Shown here piece after piece: positions 13,001-24,438 of a DNA stretch of 64,000 bases. Position numbers and translations under genes: made by a program. This stretch comes from Cyanophora paradoxa CCMP329 (taxonomy: Eukaryota > Plantae > Glaucophyta). Numbering within the stretch: position 1 is the stretch's first letter; each line of letters starts with the position of its first letter. The notes under the pieces are model-generated. The model was not told the DNA's origin. It was given only the letters and a program-made list of their open reading frames with translations, and did not search any database. Where the stretch lies: assembly GCA_004431415.1 (NCBI GenBank), contig QPMI01000071.1, positions 1 to 64,000 of the forward strand, given 5' to 3'.

Positions 13001-14059
13001 TGGTCGAGGGACGACCCGCCGAAAGCTGCCGAGCCAGCCATCCGCGAGATTCTCGACGATGACCTCCGCCTGTACTCGACCGTCGCGTCGGCGCGACGCG
13101 TACGGCCCTTGCGCGGGCGGTCTTGATCATCGTCCGAATCGTCGCCAGCTTCTTCGCCTGCTCGTCCTCCTCGTTCTCCTCGTTTTCTTCTCCTCCGTCG
13201 CCGTCGCCGGCCTTGCCGTCGCCGCCGTCGCCTCTTGGGACCTTCTTTCTCCTGCGGCGCTGCCCTTTCTCCGGCTTCGAATTCTTTTCGCGCGCCGCGG
13301 CCGAGTCGAACACGCGCTTGAACAGATCCAACGCTGGTTCGCCGCCCGCTGCAGCCCTCCGGAAGCCCCGCAGTGTCGTGGTACTTTGCACAGACGGAGC
13401 CTGTGTTCCCGAGATTGACGGCCTCGGGACTCCTCCGCATGCGCTGCGCATCGAGCGGTTACAACGAGACACTCTACACAGTCGGTACGATGCGCACCAC
13501 TCCGCAATCGCGTTCCTGTACCGCGGAAGCGCTCGTCCGAGATGAAGCACGGAAGACACAATCGGCGTCGTGCGCCGCAGTCGGGCTTGCAGAACGAGAC
13601 CGGGAGCAACAACACCTGCTTACATACGACACAATGACCTCCGCTGCGGATCGGCGTTAGCGGAGCACGGCGCGCCGCGGTGCTCGTCATAGCGCGCACC
13701 CGTCGACTGGGCGGCGGGGCGGCGTTCGGCGGCTTCTGCGGACCTACGCTCCCGCCCGACTGCATCCGCTACGCGGAGCTTTCGCGTGGGCGAGCTTTCA
13801 CGGTACCAGCCGGCCAAGCGGTGTCTCCCATCTGCTAAGACGCGTTCCAGCCGGTCTGCCGCGTTTTTTCGTCCCTTTCGAGCATCGTTGAGCCCCCTTT
13901 CAATTCCGGCCTCGCCCCGGATGAGGACGACAGCATCGGCGAATTCGCGTGCGTTCGTCTCGTATGCAGCCTGAAACGCGAGCGCGCATGTCGGCGCGCC
14001 CTTGCGTGCCCTAGCTCGCGAGCGCGAACATGAGAGGTCGAGCCCACATCGTGGTCCAT
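10034..14059 (-). CDS. Spliced gene (~10 introns): N-terminal RING-like Cys cluster + classical AAA ATPase (VPS4/spastin/CDC48-like); ends approximate
   Basis: After removing GT-AG introns (e.g. 11448-11499, ~11313-11358, 11176-11233, 12639-12695) and using both copies: TGVLLFGPP|GTGKSQFARELARRIGYSFLEYKPSQINEY|QYGQSEKVVEAFF, Walker B VVFMLD|EVD, second region of homology IVAATNYPLNMDDKFFRRFG. N-terminus has HCVVCKQVLLLPVSFCKPDCGARRRLCLPCF. Confidence 0.85.
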
Positions 14060-14489
14060 GACACCCCCGGCCGTGCGTTACTGCTCCTCCTCGGCCCTCG
14101 AAAGCTTAAGATGACTCGCCATCCAACTTTGACACATACAGAAGCTCGCTCGAAACGTTCCTCGAAACCGGTGCAGTTACTGTGCCATGGGGCCTCCTTC
14201 CCGGAGTCCCCGCGGCCGTCACGGTGCCGCCCTGAATCCTTTCAGGGCTCGACGCGGTCCGCCCGCCGCCACTCTTGACGCGCTCGCGCAGACGCCGATC
14301 GGGCTCGCGGCGAGGACGACGCCAAGCCCTGCGACGCGGTTCGGCTCGTCGCTCCTCGCGCGACCTGCGCCGGGTCGAAGCGACAGCTTATAATGCTTAG
14401 ATACATGCCGCCGGGGCAGGCGGAGCTCTCAATGCGCACCTTGGGCGTCGTACGTCCGCTCCCCAACGCCCGTTTCGTACAGACTCTAC

Positions 14490-15975
14490 TACAGAGTCAT
14501 CCCGCCCGCGCAGATGGAGGTGGTGACTGAGCTCGCGGGGTACGAAGGAAACAGAACAGAACCCACCGCCGCCCTCCGCCGGCCCGTGCCCCCCGGCGGC
14601 CGTCATGGAGCGGCGGCGACTCCGTCTAGGACGTGGCGGCTGCGGTGCCGCGCGTACCCCCCGGCTGCCGTCACGGAGCGGCGGCGCGTCCCTCTAGGGC
14701 GGCGCGGCCGCGGCGCCGCGCGTACCCCTCGGCCGTCACGGAGCGGCAGCGCCTCCGTCTACGGGGGGGGGGCGGCCGCGGCGCCGCGCGTAGCCCCTCG
14801 GCCATCACGGAGCGGCGGCGCCTCCGTCTAGGGCTCTCCCTCCACCAGCATCTCTTTCCTTCGAACCCCCGCGGCGCGGTACGCCCTCGCCCGACTCCGG
14901 CGCCGCCCTAGAGGGAACTGACTCGGCTCCGTGACGGGCGGCGGGGGTAGGTGCACCCTCTTTCGTTCGTACCCCCGCGGCACGGTACGTCCCTCGCGCG
15001 ACGCTGGCGCCGCCCTAGAGGGAACTGACTCGGCTCCGTGACGGGCGGCGGGGGTAGGTGCACCTCTTTCCTTCGTACCCCCCGCGGCGCGGTACGTCCC
15101 TCGCGCGACGCCGGCGCCGCCCTAGAGGGAACTGACTCGGCTCCGTGACGGGCGGCGGGGGTAGGTGCACCTCTTTCCTTCGTACCCCCGGCGGCGCGGT
15201 ACGCCCCTCGCGCGACGCCGGCGCCGCCCTAGAGGGAACTGACTCGGCTCCGTGACGGGCGGCGGGGGTAGGTGCACCTCTTTCCTTCGTACCCCCGCGG
15301 CGCGGTACGTCCCTCGCCCGACGCCGGCGCCGCCCTAGAGGGAACTGACTCGGCTCCGTGACGGGCGGCGGGTAGGCCCGTGTCTCTTTCCTTCGTACCC
15401 CCGCGGCGTGGTACGTCCCTCGCCCGACGCCGGCGCCGCCCTAGAGGGAACTGACTCGGCTCCGTGACGGGCGGCGGGGGTAGGTGCACCTCTTTCCTTC
15501 GTACCCCCGGCGGCGCGGTACGCCCCTCGCCCGACGCCGGCGCCGCCCTAGAGGGAACTGACTCGGCTCCGTGACGGGCGGGGGGGTAGGCCCGTGTCTC
15601 TTTCCTTCGTACCCCCGGCGGCGCGGTAAGCTCCTCGTGCTACCCAAACCCCTGAAGATGCCACTAAGATATATATAAAAAGCCAAATAGATAACGAGTA
15701 CAACTCTCATCCCCGCCCGCGCAGATGGAGGAGCCCACCGAGCTCGCGGGGTACGAAGGAAAGAGGACAGAGCCCACCGCCGCCCTCCACCGCCCGTACC
15801 CCCCTCGGCCGTCACGGAGCGGCGGCGCCTCCGTCTAGGGCGGGGCGGCCGCGGCGCCGCCCGTACCCCCCTCGGCCGTCACGGAGCGGCGGCGATTCCG
15901 TCTAGGGCGGGGCGGCCGCGGCGCCGCCCGTACCCCCCTCGGCCGTCACGGAGCGGCGGCGATTCCGTCTAGGGC
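14490..15975. repeat. Repeat module 1: partial core + 4 x ~67-bp A units, 7 x ~107-bp B units, TATA core, 3 x 67-bp A units
   Basis: CTAGAGGGAACTG at 14908, 15015, 15122, 15229, 15335, 15441, 15548; CTAGGG of A units at 15835, 15902, 15969. Confidence 0.9.
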
Positions 15976-16319
15976 GCGGCCGATCTCCTCCCTCAACCGT
16001 GTACCCCCTCGACAACCTCCACGCGGACGACGAGCCCTTTCCGCATACACGTGCCCTCGTTCGCTTCCACATGCCCTCTGCAACGCCTCTCCCGCCCCGT
16101 ACCCCTCGATACCCCGGCCCGCCCGCCCAACTCCCGCCGTCGCTCGCGGATCGCGAGCCGACTGCGCGCGTTGTTCTCGAATATACGTGATTTGCGGATT
16201 CAACCGAAACGCTGGACGCGTGGGGCGGGAAGGCGCTTTCGCTCGAATTCAACTGACGGCGTGCTTAAAGGCGGAGCAGACGGTCCCTGGACGCACATTT
16301 GCCATCGACCTCGACGATC

Positions 16320-16795
16320 ATGGAGGCCTCTACCGTCGTTCAAAACGCCGCCCGTCGCATCTCCAGCGCCCTCGTCGCCGGTCGACCGATCGCCCTCGCG
16401 CTCCGGACTCCGACCCTGCTCAAGCGCGTCGCCGAGGTCGTCGAGCCCGCCGTCGCCAGCCTCCTCGTGCGCGCACACGTCGTCGTACTGCCGGAGCCGC
16501 GCGGCCACTGGCTCGTCCGCATCACCCCGCCCGGAGCTCAGGAGCCCGCCTCTTGGGGATCAGCGACGAACTCCCCGCCTCCGAGAGCGCCGTCCTCGCC
16601 CTGCTCGCGGGGATTGAGACCGTCGTCGCCCGCTTCGCGCGGGCCGAGGCGGACGAGCTCTCCGCAAAGATCCTCGCGGATCCGCGCATCGCGCACCTGC
16701 GGCGCCGCGTGGGCGTCACGCGCCAGGAGGTACCCGGAGCACCGAATTCGATCTTCTGTGTTTACGCGGTCGGCCGCGGCGCGAGCCGTAGTTGA
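16320..16795 (+). CDS. Hypothetical 158-aa protein, copy 1 (1-nt indel at ~16567)
   Basis: Duplicate of 50699-51175. Confidence 0.6.
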
Positions 16796-17534
16796 CGCGT
16801 TCGTAGGCTCCGTACAGCTAGAAAACGCAGCGCTATAGCTACAGCCAGGCCGTGATGCAATAAGCTCGTCGACGTCTGTTTCGTAAATGCGTACCCCAAA
16901 TCCGCTGATCATGGGAGCGAGCCGGGGCGAGCTCTGCGGCGAGCCGCGAGGCGCGTCGCTGTCTAGCGCTCGTTGCGGGCGTTTCGCTCGCACAGCGAGC
17001 GTCCAGCAGGCCACATCGGCGTGTCACCGGAACGTATCGTTGCAGCGCCCCCAGCGCGACGCAGATGCGGCGGTTGGGTGAGAGAGCCGCGGATCGGAGA
17101 CCTCGGCGGCTCGGATCGCCTCGGCTTCGTGCCGGCGGCCGGCGGGTGTGGCGCGCGCGCGCCCGAGGTACTGTACCTTCGCCTCCGACCGCAACAGCTT
17201 CCGGACGATATTCGCGGTCGAAAAGTCGAGGAGATGGCGGAGGACTGGTGCGCCGTGCCATATGCATCGCGCCGCGCAGCGAGGTCGAGCGCCTTGATAG
17301 CTTACAACCGCGCAGGCCTGGGTCGTCCGGCGCGGACGAGCTCGAGGCCCGGCGGCCGCGGCCTCGATCGAGCGGGCTACGTGCGCGTTCTACCGACACG
17401 GCCCGAGCTCCGTGATAGGCGGCGTGGACCCACGCCGGACGGGCGCGCGGCCAATCTAAGCGGATCCGGAGTCGCGTTCGCAAGCTGTCGCCTTCGATAC
17501 GATAGGTGCGCCCGTTGCTCAGCGCCGGCGTCCC

Positions 17535-18700
17535 GTTAGAGGGGCTTGACGCGGCTCCGTGACGGGCGGCGGGGGTAGGTGCACCCCTCCTTCGTTCGTA
17601 CCCCGCGTAGGAGGTGAATTCCGCGCCCGACGCCGACGCCGCCCTAGAGGGAACTGATGCGGCTCCGTGACGGGCGGCGGGGGTGGGCCCGTGTCTCTTT
17701 CCTTCATACCCCCGGCGGCGCGGTGAGCCCCTCGCCCGACGCCGGCGCCGCCCTAGAGGGAACTGATGCGGCTCCGTGACGGGCGGCGGGGGTGGGCCCG
17801 TGTCTCTTTCCTTCATACCCCCGGCGGCGCGGTGAGCCCCTCGCCCGACGCCGACGCCGCCCTAGAGGGAACTGACGCGGCTCCGTGACGGGCGGCGGGG
17901 GTAGGTGCACCTCTTTCATTCGTACCCCCGGCGGCGCGGTGAGCCCCTCGCCCGACGCCGACGCCGCCCTAGAGGGAACTGACGCGGCTCCGTGACGGGC
18001 GGCGGGGTAGGTGCACCCCTCCTTCGTTCGTACCCCGCGGCACGGTACGTCCCTCGCGCGACGCCGACGCCGCCCTAGAGGGAACTGACTCGGCTTCGTG
18101 ACGGGCGGCGGGGTAGGCCCGTGTCTCTTTCCTTCGTACCCCCGCGGCGCGGTACGTCCCTCGCCCGACGCCGGCGCCGCCCTAGAGGGAACTGACGCGG
18201 CTCCGTGACGGGCGGCGGGGTAGGCCCGTGTCTCTTTCCTTCGTACCCGGTGACGCGGTAAGCTCTCGTGTCACCCATATCCCTGAAGTTGTCACTAAGA
18301 TATATATAAAAAGCCAAATAGATAACGAGTACAACTCTCATCCCGCCCGCGCAGATGGAGGAGCCCACCGAGCTCGCGGGTACGAAGGAAAGAGGACGGA
18401 GCCCACCGCCGCCCTCCGCCGCCCGTGCCCCCTCGGCCGTCACGGAGCGGCGGCGATTCCGTCTAGGGCGGGGCGGCCGCGGCGCCGCGCGTACCCCCCT
18501 CGGCCGTCACGGAGCGGCGGCGATTCCGTCTAGGGCGGGGCGGCCGCGGCGCCGCCCGTACCCCCCTCGGCCGTCACGGAGCGGCGGCGATTCCGTCTAG
18601 GGCGGGGCGGCCGGGGCGCTGCCCGTACCCCCCTCGGCCGTCACGGAGCGGCGGCGATTCCGTCTAGGGCGGGGTGGCCGGGGCGCCGCCCGTACCGTGT
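17535..18700. repeat. Repeat module 2: 7 B units, TATA core, 4 A units
   Basis: Same unit sequences as module 1; core ACTAAGATATATATAAAAAGCCAAATAG at ~18294. Confidence 0.9.
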
Positions 18701-18916
18701 ACCCCCTCTTCGGCCATCGCGGTACTTCCTTCCCGCCATCGCAACGCATATACCAAGCAATAACTCGCGTACACGCACAGGAGCGGGCGCTTTCCGCCGT
18801 CACGGAGCGGATGTGAATCCTCCAAGGCCTGGGTCGGCTCTGTCGAGCGCGTGAGCGAGCCGCCCCCCGCCCCTAGGACAATTGCCCGTCGCTCCGTGAC
18901 AATACCGATCCTTCGC

Positions 18917-21900
18917 TCAGGTACGCGTCTTTGGCGGGCGACCGCGCCGCCGGGCAGGCTGGGCGCCGCGCCCGGCGCCGCCGCCGCGCGACGACGACGG
19001 AGACGAGGACGGCGTGGCAGGCGCCGGGAGGCCCAGCAGCTCCAGAACGCGCTCGGGGCCGGTTCGGATCTCGACCGTGCCGTTCCGTCCCTCGTACTCG
19101 ACGGGATAAAGTGACGAAGGAAAGCTCCACTCGCGCGGTCCGCCCTCCTGGCTCGGCGCCCACGCGCCGCCGAAGCGCTTCAGCACCACGAAGCGTGACT
19201 CGTACTCGCCGCTCGGCAGGTCGATCGTCTGGACGAGGCGCGCGAACCACACGCCGGGGAGCGGGCTCGCCGCGTGCGTCGCCAGCGCCGCCACCACCTG
19301 CCCCGCCGGGTACGGCGAGGCCGACCGCCAGTGCAGGTGGTAGAGGGGCGGCGCGGGGCCGGCGGCGGCGACGCCGACGGGGACGGGCTCCTGGGAGGCG
19401 CCGCCTCGGCGCCCGCGCGCGCGGCCGAGGCCACGCCGGCCGCGCGCGCCACGGAGGAGGCCGCGCGAGCAGTAGTGCTCGTGGGCCCGCGCCCCGGCCG
19501 AGTTCTTAAACTCCTTGCGGTGCGTCAGGGCGGCGGCGCGGGGGGGGCGGCGCGGGGCGGGGCGGCGCGACCTGCTCACCCGATCGCAGGGCGCGCAGTA
19601 CCTCTGCTCGGCGATGGCGAGCTCGCGCTCGAGGGTGTAGTCGGCGTCCCAAGCGCGCGGCCTGTCGGCCCCCGTCCGCCGCCGCTTGGCCTCTTCGCTC
19701 CCGTCGGACGCGCCGCTCCCGTCCTCGCCATCGTCCTCCGAGTACGAGCTGGAGCTCTCCGCGCCGCGCCCCGCGCGGAAACGCGCCGAGGCGGACGGAG
19801 GCGCGGTTGACGGCGCCGGCTCGTCGTCGGCGTGCTCCTCGGAGCCTCCACCGTCGTCCCGCCCCACCTCGGTCCCGCCGCCCAAGCTCCCGCCCGCCGT
19901 CGAGGGCGCGGGGGATCCGGACGGCGGCGGCGGCGGCGGCGGCAGCGCCGGTGCCGGCGGGAGTTCGAGGCGGGGCGGCGCCTCGGCCGCGGCGGCGCTC
20001 TCGCGGGCCCGGAGCCGGGCTTCGTCGTGCTTGACGGCGAGCTGCTCGAGGTACGCCACCGCCGCCGCCGCCGTGCGCGCCCGCGCCGAGTAATCGTAAT
20101 TTTGCGTCGCCGTCAGCACCGAGTGGCCCAGAAGCTTGGCTGCCGGCGCGCGGGTGGGGCGAGGGAGGCGAGGGGGCGGGGGCGCTTCGGCGTACCCGTC
20201 CCGTCGACGACGGCGGCCGCGGTGTCGCCGGAGATGCGGTTCGCCGCGGCCTCGTCGCGCACGTGCGTCGTGATGATGGCCCGCATCGCCTGCGCCGTCA
20301 CCGGTACCCCCGTCCACTTTTCCGTCACGCGCTTGACAAAGACGCTCCAGGCCGAGTCGGAGAGGGGCGCTCCCGAGGCGCTCGTGAAGAGCCAGCCCTC
20401 GTCCGCGCCCCCCGGCAGCGGCGGGAGGAGGAGGCGCCGGTACCGCTCGACGTACGAGGTGAGCGGCCGCTGCACAAACTCCGGGATCGGGTAGCTGATC
20501 GCCCCCGCAGTTTTCGCGGTCTTCGACGAGAGGACGGCCTCGCCCTGCCCGCGTCCGCCCGCATCTGGGTGAGCGTGATTGTCCACGCGCCGCCGTCCCG
20601 CCGCAGCGTGTGGCCGATCCTGCGGGGGCGCAGAGGGCAGGACGGGGCCCTCGCTCGGCGCGGGGCGACGGCGCGGCGCGGGGGTACGGCACCTGAGGCG
20701 GCGGACGATGCCGACGCGCGAGGGCGTGGAGACGAGGAGCGACAGGAGGACGCCCTCGCGGAGGGCGAGCGCCCTCTCGTACTCCAACGGCGCCCGCTCC
20801 GCCGCCTCGAGCGCATCCAGCCGCGCCGAGAGGAGCGCCTCGAACGGCACCCAGTTCGGTCCGCGCTGACGCCATTTCACGCCTTCGCGCTTCTCCTTTC
20901 TCAGCTGGGCGATCAGGTTCCGCAGCGGGCGCCCGTGGGGGCCCTCGGAGCCGGCGGCGGCGCCGGCCGTCCGCGCGTGGACAAAGGAGTGGGCCTGGAG
21001 GGCCGCCTGCGTGTACCCCGCCAAGGTGCCCGCCCGGACCCTGCGCTCGCCGCGGAGAAACGCGAGGAACCGCATCCACAGGTCGATAAAGTCGACGCGG
21101 GCGCCGGAGAAGAGGTCGAGCGTGAGAGCGCCGTCGATCTTCTCGCGGAGGGCGCAGTACCCCAGGAACCGGAGGAGCGTCGTCCGCTCGTTCGCCAGCG
21201 TCGTGGAGCGCTCGACGGCGGCGCCGGGGCGGTCGGGGTTGAGGAGGCGGGTGCGAAACTCTTCGTACGCGGCGAGCTGCGCCTTGAGCTCGCGCGACTG
21301 ATCCTCCTCGCGCAGGCCGTACGGGGCGCCCCGCTCTGCCGGCTCGTCGCCCGCGGGGCCTTCGTCCTCCTCCTCGCCGTGCTCGTCGGCCGGGGGTACG
21401 GGCGGCGGGGGCGGCGAGGCCCCCGCCTCGGCGGACCCCTCGGGATCGGCGCCGCCCGAGTCCGACTCGGACTCGTCCGGCTCGGCGGGGGCGGGCGCCG
21501 GCGGGGCGCGGGCGCGCTTGGGGGGTACAGGGTCCCCGGCGGCGCCGAGCACCACGCGCTCGGGGTCCACGAGGGCGTCCACGTCAAAGAGCGTCGCCCC
21601 GCCGTGGTCCATGCTCTCCAGCATCCGCCGGTACGCCAGCCGCTTCTCGGCGATGAATTTCCCGTTGTCCTTTGCGATCTGATCCGCCATAGGGCCCCCG
21701 GGGCGGAAGAAGTGGATGGAGCCCTGCTCGAGCTCGTCCGACCACGGAAAGCCCGTCGTCGCCTCGACGATCCCCACGTCCGCGATCCAGAGGACCCCTG
21801 CGCGGTGCGCGCGGCATGAGTTTGATCCCGTTACCCCCGCGGAATCGAACCGGGCCCCGCACAGATGCCGCATTGGAACCCGTCCCCCTGGAGGCGCCCA

Positions 21901-23313
21901 CCGGCCGTCTCCTCGCGGTACGCGTGCGCGGGAAAGGCCGCCTGGGCGGCGTAGAGCAACCTGGCGTCGCAGGGCGCGCCGAGGCTGTCCCAGTACCGCG
22001 TCGTCCTGCGGGGGCGGCGCGATCGCGAGTGGCGCAGAGGACGCGGGCTCGGGCGCGGGGGCGCGGGGCGCGGCGCCGTCGGACCTCGCGGCGCCGGAGA
22101 GCACGAGCAGCGTCCAGTGCCCGCCGCTGTTCGACGTCCGCTCCGCCCCGCGCCGCGCGATCGACGTCGAGACCGGGCAGAAGAGGGTACCCCCGCGCCA
22201 CGAACCCCAGGGCCTTGCGCTGACGCCGCTCCTCGCCCGCCGCAGCGTAGCGCCGAAGGAGGCTCGTCAGAATCTCCACCGGCATGGGGTACAGGGCCCG
22301 CACGCGCGCGTTCTTGGCGCGGTGGAGCAAGAGGCTCATCACGTTGGCGACGTGCGTGTCGGCGAGCCACTCGCGCGCGCCAAAGATACCGACCCTGGGT
22401 CCCGCAGGCGCCGGCGCGGGGGCCGCGGCGGCGACGGTGGCGGGGTCGGCGCCCTCTAGCACGAGCCGCTGGCGGCGAAAGTCGAGGTGGAGGTTCGGAT
22501 CCCGGCCGGGGAGATCCTTCAGGAGGCTTTCGACGGCGACGGCGCTGAGGAACGCCCAGCGGCGCGCCGAGCTCCGCGTTCGCTCCCCGTCGACCTCGGC
22601 GCCGATGCCGGCGTAGTAGGTGAGCGTCCTCGTGAGCATGCCGAAGCGCTCGCGCCCGACGCTGAGCGTCGTAACGTTCCAGCGGTGCGGGCCGCCCGAC
22701 GCGAGTTCCGGGAGGCGGCGCTCGATCTCCCGGCGGAGCGAGTTCGTGGCGCGCGAGGAGCCGTAGAGGAGCTCGGAGAGCGACGCCATGGGGACCCAGA
22801 GCTTCAGGTCCGGAGCCTCGATCCGGGTCGCCGGCAGGGCGTAGAGCCGCTCGCCGCCGACGCGCACGACGTGCAGGTCGTAGCGGGAGAGGGCGCACAG
22901 GCGGCGGCGCTCGTTGGCGGCGTAGAACGCGGTGGCAGCGGCGCGCTTCCGGGCCTCGTCGCTGTCCGCCACGCCTGGTCGACGACCTCGAGCACGTACC
23001 TCATCGACAAGAGGCGCGGCGGGTCCTCGGGCGTGTACTCGCCGCGCCGGACGGCCCCGAGGGTCTCCAGGAGGAGGATCGCGTGCTCGCTCGGCACGGG
23101 CCGCGCTGGGACGCCATAGCGCGCGGTGAGCACGTCCTGCACCTCGTCCTCGCCCTCGCCCTCGGCCAACGGCGGCTCGCCCAGGACGCGCGCGAGCTCG
23201 GCAGAGCAGACGGAGGGCCCGGCGTCGGACTTTAGCACCACGAGCTGCGTCCGCCCCCACGGCCCGTCGAACTCGATCAGCTCGTACGCGTCGTGGACCG
23301 TCTGGAAGTACAT
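18917..23313 (-). CDS. Spliced multidomain integrase: unknown N-terminal domain + Ulp1/C48-type cysteine protease + tyrosine recombinase + C2HC zinc finger
   Basis: Protease: REWLADTHV, GGHWTLLVL, RYWDSLG, QGDGFQCGI|WVLW. Recombinase: TPSRVG (R), SSKTAK (K), WLF, TAQAMRAI, T|AKLLGHS, TQNY (Y). Zn finger: CAPCDR|EFKNSAGARAHEHYC. GT-AG introns at 21798-21862, 20620-20692, 20140-20195 and 19514-19579 each restore a motif in frame. Confidence 0.85.
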
Positions 23314-24000
23314 GGTCGCCGGCCGGGCCGTGCGGGCGGGCGACCCGGAGTGGGAGGGGCGAGGTGTTGGGATTCGACGTGCGGGGTGGGATCTATTTAT
23401 GGGTAACCTCGCACCTTTAATCCTCGCGCTCGCGTCGCCGATGTTATCTTTAGTCCCTGCGCACAGGCCGCGCGCGGGGCGGAAGGCCGACGGGAGCGGA
23501 CGAGGCCGAATCGTATCCCCACGAGCCGAGGCCGCCATCCCACGACGTTGATCACGTACGCCCGCCCGGCTTCGTCCCCCCCCTACACCTTACCCCCTCT
23601 GAAATTCGGCCAGGTTTGCCACCTAGGGGCGCCCCGCCCTCGTCGCCCGCCTGCGTCGCGGCGGCGGCCGCCGCGCCCCGCCCCGCATTGACCACGTACG
23701 CCGGCCCGGCTTCGTCACCCCCACCCCCACCCCCGCCTTTGCTAATATTCGGCCAGGTCTTCCACCAAGGCGCTCGGCAACGCGCGGCGTCGGCGACTCA
23801 TCACCGCCGCCCGCGGCGATGAGATCGGTGCGCCCCCGCCGGCTCGGGCTTCGGGGACGGCGCCGGGCGCCCTGCGACGCCGCGAGGCTCAGATCCGAAC
23901 GCGGCGGCGCGGGAGGCGGAGGGCCGTCTGGAGCGGACGTGGCCGAACTCTCCCCAGAAATGCCTCCGATCTCGCTCCTCCTCGAGCTCGTCTTCGTCGG

Positions 24001-24438
24001 ATGACAGCTATGACACCGATGATCCTTCTCTGCTCCGACGGCGTCCATATCCCGTGCCCCGCGGCGCTCGCCGCCGACGCCCGCATCCTCTCCCTCGCCT
24101 CGAGCTGCTCCGACGCCGACGTGGCCCCCGTCCCGCTCCCCTTCCGCTCCTCGCTCGTGTCGGCGGCCGGCGTCGCCCTCTCGCACCCCTCACCCGCGGC
24201 GGCCGCCCTCGCCCCCGGGGCCTACCCCGACCCGCGGGCCGCCGCCTCGGCTCTCGTCTTCCTCGCCGAGCTCGCGATCCTCGCCGATTACCTCGACGCC
24301 CGGCGGCTCGAGCTGGCGTGCGCGGCGCTTGCCAGCAGCGCGTCCGAGCTCGCCATCAAGTCCGCCTGGGCCAAGGCGAGCGTCCGTCCGCCCCCCGCCC
24401 CGCGGAAGCGCCCCTTTCAGGCTATCGGATCTTCGTAG
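24001..24438 (+). CDS. Skp1/BTB-POZ-like protein
   Basis: ILLCSDGVHIPC...ARIL...PVPLPF...LAELAILADYLDARRLELAC resembles the Skp1 pattern L.SSDG ... IPLP ... L.ELI.AANYL.I..L; C-terminal PRKRP is NLS-like. Confidence 0.7.
   Translation: MTAMTPMILLCSDGVHIPCPAALAADARILSLASSCSDADVAPVPLPFRSSLVSAAGVALSHPSPAAAALAPGAYPDPRAAASALVFLAELAILADYLDARRLELACAALASSASELAIKSAWAKASVRPPPAPRKRPFQAIGSS

Noticed and set aside
14905-14920. TCTAG core as a yeast FRT site
   Set aside because: Only 5 nt match, and the 13-bp Flp-binding arms are absent.
16850-17530. Possible gene between the 158-aa ORF and module 2
   Set aside because: Frames differ between the copies and no motif was recognised, so no call can be supported.
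14850-18700. ORFs such as MHLPPPPVTEPSQFPLGRRRRRAR
   Set aside because: These are translations of the tandem repeats; unit lengths (67, ~107) are not multiples of three.
18917-23313. DIRS retrotransposon or bacterial prophage integrase
   Set aside because: No RT/RNase H or gag seen; the gene has spliceosomal introns.
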